Assembly: GCA_905234645.1 (NCBI GenBank)
Contig: CAJOIS010000002.1
Span: forward strand, 59,326 to 123,325
DNA from: an uncultured Bacteroidales bacterium
GTDB taxonomy: Bacteria > Bacteroidota > Bacteroidia > Bacteroidales > F082
DNA: 64,000 nucleotides
Direction: 5' to 3'
Part shown: one piece after another, positions 55,403 through 64,000 of the stretch
Numbering within the stretch: position 1 is the first letter of the stretch
Layout of the letters: every line of letters starts with the position of its first letter
Position numbers and translations under genes: made by a program
The notes under the pieces: model-generated
What the model was told of the DNA's origin: nothing
The model's input: the letters and a program-made list of their open reading frames with translations, nothing else
The model's database searches: none

Positions 55403-57214
55403 TTACATTCGTTCGGGCATTCCAATGCCTAACAGTTCTGACGCGTTACGCAACAAGGCAGCCACCATGTCGCAGACCTGCAAACGGAACATGCGGCGGT
55501 CGGCATCGGCCTCCTTCAGGATGCTGCATTCCTGATAAAACTGGTTGAATTCCTTGGCGAGGTCGTAGATGAAGTTGGCGACCATGGCAGGGCTGCGGTT
55601 CTCGGCGGCCAGATTCAACACCATCGGCCAGCCGTACATCATCACGATGATTTCCTTCTCCTTGGGTTGCAGGTCGCTGACCTTCACCTCGCTTTCGAGC
55701 TTGATACCTTGCTCCTCGGCCTTGCGCAACACCGAGCAGATACGAGCATGGGTGTATTGCACAAACGGGCCTGTGTTGCCGTTGAAGTCGATGGACTCCT
55801 CGGGGTTGAACAGCATGGTCTTTTTCGGGTCGACCTTGAGGATGAAATACTTCAAAGCGCCCAGACCAATGGTGTGATACAGCTTGTCGGCCTCCGCGGG
55901 CGAGAGATCCTTGGCCTTGCCGAGCTCCTCAGAGACACCCTTGGCGGTAGCCACCATCTCGTCCATGAGGTCGTCGGCGTCGACCACAGTGCCTTCACGG
56001 GATTTCATCTTGCCGTTAGGCAACTCCACCATGCCGTAGGACAGGTGTTCTATATCATTGCCCCACTCGCGACCGAGGCGCACCAACACGCGCTTCAACA
56101 CGTCGAAGTGGTATATTTGCTCGTTGCCCACAACATAAATCAGTTTCTCAGGGTCGTATTCCTTCACACGCAGCTGGGCGGTGCCGAGGTCTTGGGTCAT
56201 ATAGACCGAGGTGCCATCGCGACGCAGCAGGAGCTTTTCATCGAGACCCTCATCGCGAAGGTCGCACCACACGGAGTTGTCCTCACGGCGATAGAGCACA
56301 CCTTTGTCAAGGCCTTCCTGAACGAGTTCTTTTCCCAAAAGGTAGGTCTGGGATTCATAATATATCTTCTCAAAGGCCACGCCGAGACGCTTGTAGGTCA
56401 CATCGAAGCCGTCGTACACCCATTGGTTCATCGTCTCCCACAGGTGACGCACCTCGGGGTCGTTGGCTTCCCATTTACGCAGCATCTCACGGGCTTCCTG
56501 CATCAGTGGGGATTCGGCCTCGGCCTTGGCTTTGGCTTCTTCCTTGGCTTTGTCGTCCAGAGTATCGAAATCAGCCGGCAGCAACGCTTTCACCTCTTCC
56601 TTGAACTTCTTGTCGAACAACACGTAGAAATCGCCGATGAGGTGGTCGCCCTTCTTGCCTGTCGACTTCGGTGTGCAGCCGTTGCCCCACTTCTGCCAAG
56701 CCAACATGCTCTTGCAGATGTGAATGCCGCGGTCGTTGACCAGGTTGACGCGCACCACGTTCTTGCCGTTGGCCTTCATGATCTCCGACACGCTCCATCC
56801 AAGGAGGTTGTTGCGGATATGGCCTAAGTGCAGAGGCTTGTTCGTGTTGGGCGAGGAATACTCGATGACCACGTTCTTGCCTGAGACGGGTTTACGACCG
56901 AACTCACGGTTCTCGTGGTTAGCCTTAAAGAAATCCATCCAGAACTTATCGGAAATCAGCAGGTTAAGGAAGCCTTTCACCACGTTAAACTTGGCGATCA
57001 TGTCGGATTCATTAATCATCTCGGCGCCCATTTCGTTGGCCAACTGCTCAGGGTTGCGGCCTGCCAGCTTCACGAAGGGAAACACCACGATGGTCATGTC
57101 GCCCTCAAACTCGGGGCGCGTCTTCTGGAAATTCACCTGCTGCACAGGCGGTTCCTGTCCGTATAAATTCTTGAACGACTTTATGAAAAGTTGTCTTAAT
57201 ACTTCTTCTAACAT
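55403..57214 (-). CDS. argS: Arginine--tRNA ligase
   Basis: SSPNTNKPLHLGHIRN (HIGH region), class I fold, and C-terminal anticodon-binding DALR region. The ATG at 57214 is 20 nt downstream of a -7 box. Confidence 0.9.
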   Translation of the reverse strand: MLEEVLRQLFIKSFKNLYGQEPPVQQVNFQKTRPEFEGDMTIVVFPFVKLAGRNPEQLANEMGAEMINESDMIAKFNVVKGFLNLLISDKFWMDFFKANHENREFGRKPVSGKNVVIEYSSPNTNKPLHLGHIRNNLLGWSVSEIMKANGKNVVRVNLVNDRGIHICKSMLAWQKWGNGCTPKSTGKKGDHLIGDFYVLFDKKFKEEVKALLPADFDTLDDKAKEEAKAKAEAESPLMQEAREMLRKWEANDPEVRHLWETMNQWVYDGFDVTYKRLGVAFEKIYYESQTYLLGKELVQEGLDKGVLYRREDNSVWCDLRDEGLDEKLLLRRDGTSVYMTQDLGTAQLRVKEYDPEKLIYVVGNEQIYHFDVLKRVLVRLGREWGNDIEHLSYGMVELPNGKMKSREGTVVDADDLMDEMVATAKGVSEELGKAKDLSPAEADKLYHTIGLGALKYFILKVDPKKTMLFNPEESIDFNGNTGPFVQYTHARICSVLRKAEEQGIKLESEVKVSDLQPKEKEIIVMMYGWPMVLNLAAENRSPAMVANFIYDLAKEFNQFYQECSILKEADADRRMFRLQVCDMVAALLRNASELLGIGMPERM

Positions 57215-57233
57215 AGGGATGAAATTAATTGCA

Positions 57234-57241
57234 CAAAAATA
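57234..57241 (-). promoter_or_regulatory. -7 box (TATTTTTG on the minus strand) for argS
   Basis: CAAAAATA on the plus strand, 20 nt upstream of the argS ATG. Confidence 0.5.
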
Positions 57242-57274
57242 GTAAAAAAGCTGGTCATGGAATAAAAAAAACCT

Positions 57275-57282
57275 TATTTTTG
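57275..57282 (+). promoter_or_regulatory. Bacteroidota -7 box (TATTTTTG) for the pyrBI leader
   Basis: Matches TAnnTTTG. The context TTTGCAGTCCGATG is almost identical to the bamD promoter-start context. Confidence 0.55.
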
Positions 57283-57289
57283 CAGTCCG

Positions 57290-57433
57290 ATGAGATACCA
57301 AAACAAGCCATCGGAAAAGATTTTCTCCACGGAATCAATTGGTTCCATCAAAACGAATTTCCCTTTATCCCATATTGACGGTCACATTGTTGGCCGTCTT
57401 TTTTTTGCCAAATTCAACAAATCAAACAGATAA
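57290..57433 (+). promoter_or_regulatory. Candidate 47-codon pyrBI leader ORF ([47 protein letters not shown])
   Basis: The ATG lies 7 nt after the -7 box. The ORF reads through the terminator hairpin and T-run and stops 4 nt before the pyrB ATG. Confidence 0.45.
57377..57406 (+). terminator. Intrinsic terminator/attenuator in the pyrB leader
   Basis: GACGGTCA-cattgt-TGGCCGTC (8-bp stem with one G.T) followed by T8. It sits 31 nt upstream of the pyrB ATG and its orientation only fits the plus strand. Confidence 0.7.
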
Positions 57434-57437
57434 GCCT

Positions 57438-58358
57438 ATGTCAATCTCACTGAAAAACCGCAGCCTGATTTCCATCAGCGACTACACGCCGGAAGAAATC
57501 TGCCATGTCCTCGACATCGCTGAAGACTTCGAGAAAAACCCGCACCAGAACCTGCTGAACGGGCGCATCATCGCCTCGCTGTTCTTCGAGCCTTCCACCC
57601 GTACGCGTCTGAGCTTCGAAACCGCCATTCAGCTCCTGGGTGGCAATGTCATCGGCTTCAGCAGCACCGCCGGAACGAGCATCCAGAAGGGCGAATCCTT
57701 GGCCGACACTATTACCATGGTGGCCAGCTACGCCGACCTCATCGTCATGCGCAACCCCATCGAAGGCTCGGCCCGCTTTGCCTCCGAGGTTTCGAAGGTG
57801 CCGGTCATCAACGCGGGTGATGGTGCCAACCAGCACCCCACGCAGTGTATGCTCGACCTTTACAGCATCCGCAAGACGCAGGGCACACTTGAAAATCTGG
57901 AGATTACCCTCGTCGGCGACCTGAAATACGGCCGCACCGTCCACAGCCTCGTCGAGGCCATGTGCAACTTCAATGCGAAGTTCAACCTCGTCTCGCCCGT
58001 CGAGCTGAAGCTGCCGAGCGTCGTCAAACAGCACATCAAGGACCGCAACCTCGAATATCATCAATACACTGAGTTGGAGGATGCCATTCCCCACTCCGAC
58101 ATCATCTACATGACTCGCATCCAGCGCGAGCGCTTCCCCGACCCCGAGGAATACGAGAAGGTGAAGAACTCATACGTACTTCGCAACTACATGCTCGACG
58201 CCTCCAAACCCAACTGCCGCGTACTGCACCCGCTACCGCGCGTCAACGAGATCCACGTGGACGTCGACGCCAACCCGAAAGCCTACTACTTCCAGCAAGC
58301 CCAAAACGGCGTCTATGCCCGCCAGGCCTTAATCGCATCAATCTTAGGACTTAAATAA
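57438..58358 (+). CDS. pyrB: Aspartate carbamoyltransferase catalytic subunit
   Basis: [17 protein letters not shown] and HPLPR motifs. The ATG at 57438 is chosen over the track TTG at 57339. Confidence 0.9.
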   Translation: MSISLKNRSLISISDYTPEEICHVLDIAEDFEKNPHQNLLNGRIIASLFFEPSTRTRLSFETAIQLLGGNVIGFSSTAGTSIQKGESLADTITMVASYADLIVMRNPIEGSARFASEVSKVPVINAGDGANQHPTQCMLDLYSIRKTQGTLENLEITLVGDLKYGRTVHSLVEAMCNFNAKFNLVSPVELKLPSVVKQHIKDRNLEYHQYTELEDAIPHSDIIYMTRIQRERFPDPEEYEKVKNSYVLRNYMLDASKPNCRVLHPLPRVNEIHVDVDANPKAYYFQQAQNGVYARQALIASILGLK

Positions 58359-58366
58359 TCACAACC

Positions 58367-58834
58367 ATGGAAAAGAAAAAAGAACTGACCGTCAGCGCCA
58401 TTGAGAATGGCACCGTCATCGACCATATTCCCGCCGACAAAGTCTTCCAAGTCGTCAAAATCTTGGGCTTGGAGAAAGTCAGCACCCCCGTGTATTTCGG
58501 CACCAATGTCGAAAGCAAGAAATACGGCACCAAGGGCTTCATCAAAGTCTCCGACAAATACTTCGAACCCGAAGATGTAAATAAAATCGCCCTCGTCGCC
58601 CCTACCGCTTCCATCATCGAAATCAAGGACTTTGAGGTCATCAAGAAGCAAACCGTCACTATCCCTGAGCGCATCGAGCACATCGTGAAATGCTTCAACC
58701 CGAACTGCGTCACCAACAAAGAACATGATGTGCCGACCAAATTTACCGTCATCAAGGATGCACAGGGCAACATCAAGCTTCACTGCCATTATTGCGAGAA
58801 GAACACCACGCAAGACAAGTTGGAATTCATCTAA
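58367..58834 (+). CDS. pyrI: Aspartate carbamoyltransferase regulatory subunit
   Basis: VSAIENGTVIDHIP and C-terminal Zn site CFNPNC..CHYCEK. Confidence 0.9.
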   Translation: MEKKKELTVSAIENGTVIDHIPADKVFQVVKILGLEKVSTPVYFGTNVESKKYGTKGFIKVSDKYFEPEDVNKIALVAPTASIIEIKDFEVIKKQTVTIPERIEHIVKCFNPNCVTNKEHDVPTKFTVIKDAQGNIKLHCHYCEKNTTQDKLEFI

Positions 58835-58841
58835 TTAAGAC

Positions 58842-58872
58842 GCGGGACTACGGGACTGCGAGACGCGAGACT
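58842..58872. repeat. Short tandem GGGACT/GAGAC repeats downstream of pyrI
   Basis: GCGGGACT-ACGGGACT-GCGAGAC-GCGAGACT. Confidence 0.5.
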
Positions 58873-58909
58873 GTCTGCTGCCCTGAAATCCATCATAAAA
58901 ACGTGACTT

Positions 58910-59491
58910 ATGAAGAAAACAGGTATCATTATCGCCATTATTGTGGGTGCCATCCTCATCTGGGGTGTTGGTACCTACAACGGCCTCGTGAAGAAGCAGG
59001 AGAACATGACCAAGGCTTGGGGACAGGTGGAGAACGTCTATCAGCGTCGTGCCGATCTGGTGCCGAACCTCGTCGCTTTGGTGAAGAACTATGCCGAATA
59101 CGAGCAAAGCACGCTCATCTCCATCACGGAAGCGCGTGCCCAAAAAGCGGCCAACACCAGCGTCAACATAGAGAGCTACACGGAGAGCGACCTGCAGAAC
59201 TACCAAGCTGCACAAGACGAACTAGGCGAGTCGCTGAATCGTCTCATCGTCTCGATCGAAAACTACCCCGACTTAAAGGCAAGCGAGAACTACCTCACCT
59301 TGCAGGCACAGTTGGCAGGCTGCGAGAACCGCATCATGACGGAGCGTGAACGCTTCAACGAGGCGGCCAAGGTCTACAACCAAAGCGTCCGCAAATTCCC
59401 GAGCAGCATCATTGCCAACATGTTTGGTTTCGAGAAGCGGCCTTATTTTGAGGCTCAAGCTGGGGCCGATACAGCGCCGGAGACGTTTTAA
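58910..59491 (+). CDS. lemA: LemA family protein
   Basis: N-terminal TM segment plus YNGLVKKQENMTKAWGQVENVYQRRADLVPNLV. Confidence 0.85.
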   Translation: MKKTGIIIAIIVGAILIWGVGTYNGLVKKQENMTKAWGQVENVYQRRADLVPNLVALVKNYAEYEQSTLISITEARAQKAANTSVNIESYTESDLQNYQAAQDELGESLNRLIVSIENYPDLKASENYLTLQAQLAGCENRIMTERERFNEAAKVYNQSVRKFPSSIIANMFGFEKRPYFEAQAGADTAPETF

Positions 59492-59511
59492 CGGTGCATT
59501 CATTAAAAACA

Positions 59512-59558
59512 GAATCGACCGCCTATAGATCCCCAAGGGGATGACATAGGCGGTCGAT
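59512..59558 (+). repeat. ATAGAT/ATGACAT palindromic element, copy E6 (minimal form)
   Basis: AATCGACCGCCT-ATAGAT-CCCC-aa-GGGG-ATGACAT-AGGCGGTCGATT, between the convergent lemA and DUF3467 genes. Confidence 0.85.
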
Positions 59559-59580
59559 TTCGGTAATGTCTATAATAGTT

Positions 59581-59886
59581 TTATGCCTGAGCTGTTGGGG
59601 CGCCCATCGAAAACGGAGCGATGCCGCCGCCGTCGGTAATGGTGCCGAACTGCTGCTCGTATTTGGCGATGTTGTCGGCCAAAGCCTTATAGAGACGCTT
59701 GGCGTTCAAGGGGTTCATAATCACTCTCGAACGGACCTTGGCCTTAGGCGTGCCAGGCATCATCTGCGCAAAGTCAACGATGAACTCATTCGGTGAGTGG
59801 GTGATAATGGCGAGATTGGAGTAAGTGCCCTCAGCCACCTCGTCGCTGATCTCGATATTCAACTGATTTTTTTGGTTGTTTTCCAT
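59581..59886 (-). CDS. DUF3467-like protein
   Basis: YSNLAIITHSPNEFIVDF motif. Its position immediately downstream of rpoC matches other Bacteroidota. Confidence 0.65.
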   Translation of the reverse strand: MENNQKNQLNIEISDEVAEGTYSNLAIITHSPNEFIVDFAQMMPGTPKAKVRSRVIMNPLNAKRLYKALADNIAKYEQQFGTITDGGGIAPFSMGAPTAQA

Positions 59887-59952
59887 AATGTTGTCCTTTC
59901 TATCAAAAAAAGCGGGGACAACCTTTCGGCCGTCCCCGCAATGGTTAACGAA

Positions 59953-64000
<4,048 letters not shown>

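Noticed and set aside
55667-56827. A 386-aa plus-strand ORF antisense to argS
   Set aside because: There are no motifs and it is an antisense artefact. The argS frame has HIGH and DALR features.
57215-57437. N-terminal extensions in the ORF track: argS to 57301 and pyrB from 57339; likewise DUF4159 to 54739, rpoZ from 48473, tsaE to 37802 and the HD gene from 39887
   Set aside because: The extensions start at TTG or at upstream Met codons that overlap neighbouring genes or promoter boxes. They also encode non-conserved hydrophobic junk. The downstream ATGs give canonical N-termini (MLEEVLRQ for arg[17 protein letters not shown] for pyrB, and a signal peptide for DUF4159).
59512-59558. Canonical kink-turn interpretation of the AGA/TGAC internal loop
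   Set aside because: Tandem G.A pairs are possible, but the bulge is 1 nt rather than the 3-nt k-turn bulge. The orientation relative to transcription also differs between copies (the aroA mRNA would carry the complementary GUCA/UCU loop). I therefore left it as an unspecified protein-recognised hairpin.

Overview
This is a Bacteroidota chromosome segment. By inference it is Prevotellaceae/Bacteroidales-like: it has T9SS C-terminal-domain cargo proteases, PorX, BamD-RpoZ-DUF4835-RecN synteny and TAnnTTTG -7 promoter boxes.

Positions 1-33750 form one very large surface-glycan locus that depends on the Wzm/Wzt ABC transporter. All of its genes are on the minus strand. It contains:
- WbpE/WbpD-like amino-sugar genes, an atypical priming phosphoglycosyltransferase and wzm
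- a hipBA toxin-antitoxin pair that separates wzm from the rest of the locus
- about 17 glycosyltransferases, including two tandem paralogue pairs and two orphan GT2 5' stubs
- glf (galactofuranose)
- wzt with a C-terminal extension, followed by translationally coupled kinase-like/methyltransferase genes
- an ACP-KASIII-MBOAT-SGNH module

Positions 33.8-64 kb are housekeeping genes (aroA, aroB, tsaE, porX, dapA, bamD, rpoZ, recN, rsmE, argS, pyrBI and the 3' part of rpoC) plus two T9SS-secreted proteases (M14 and C10).

The most interesting signals are these:
1. A family of short palindromic elements has invariant ATAGAT/ATGACAT boxes and covarying helices. There are six copies, and one is translated in frame inside aroA. 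A second repeat family is also in frame in aroA.
2. A 47-codon leader ORF runs through a canonical terminator just upstream of pyrB, which resembles E. coli pyrBI attenuation.
3. A Dlt-like, carrier-protein-dependent acylation module has a KASIII in place of DltA.
4. There is a candidate chain-terminator/cap-recognition module next to wzt.
5. GT2 5' stubs mark cassette junctions.

I saw no rRNA, tRNA, CRISPR array, IS element or integrase. All family assignments come from motif recognition by eye; no searches were run.
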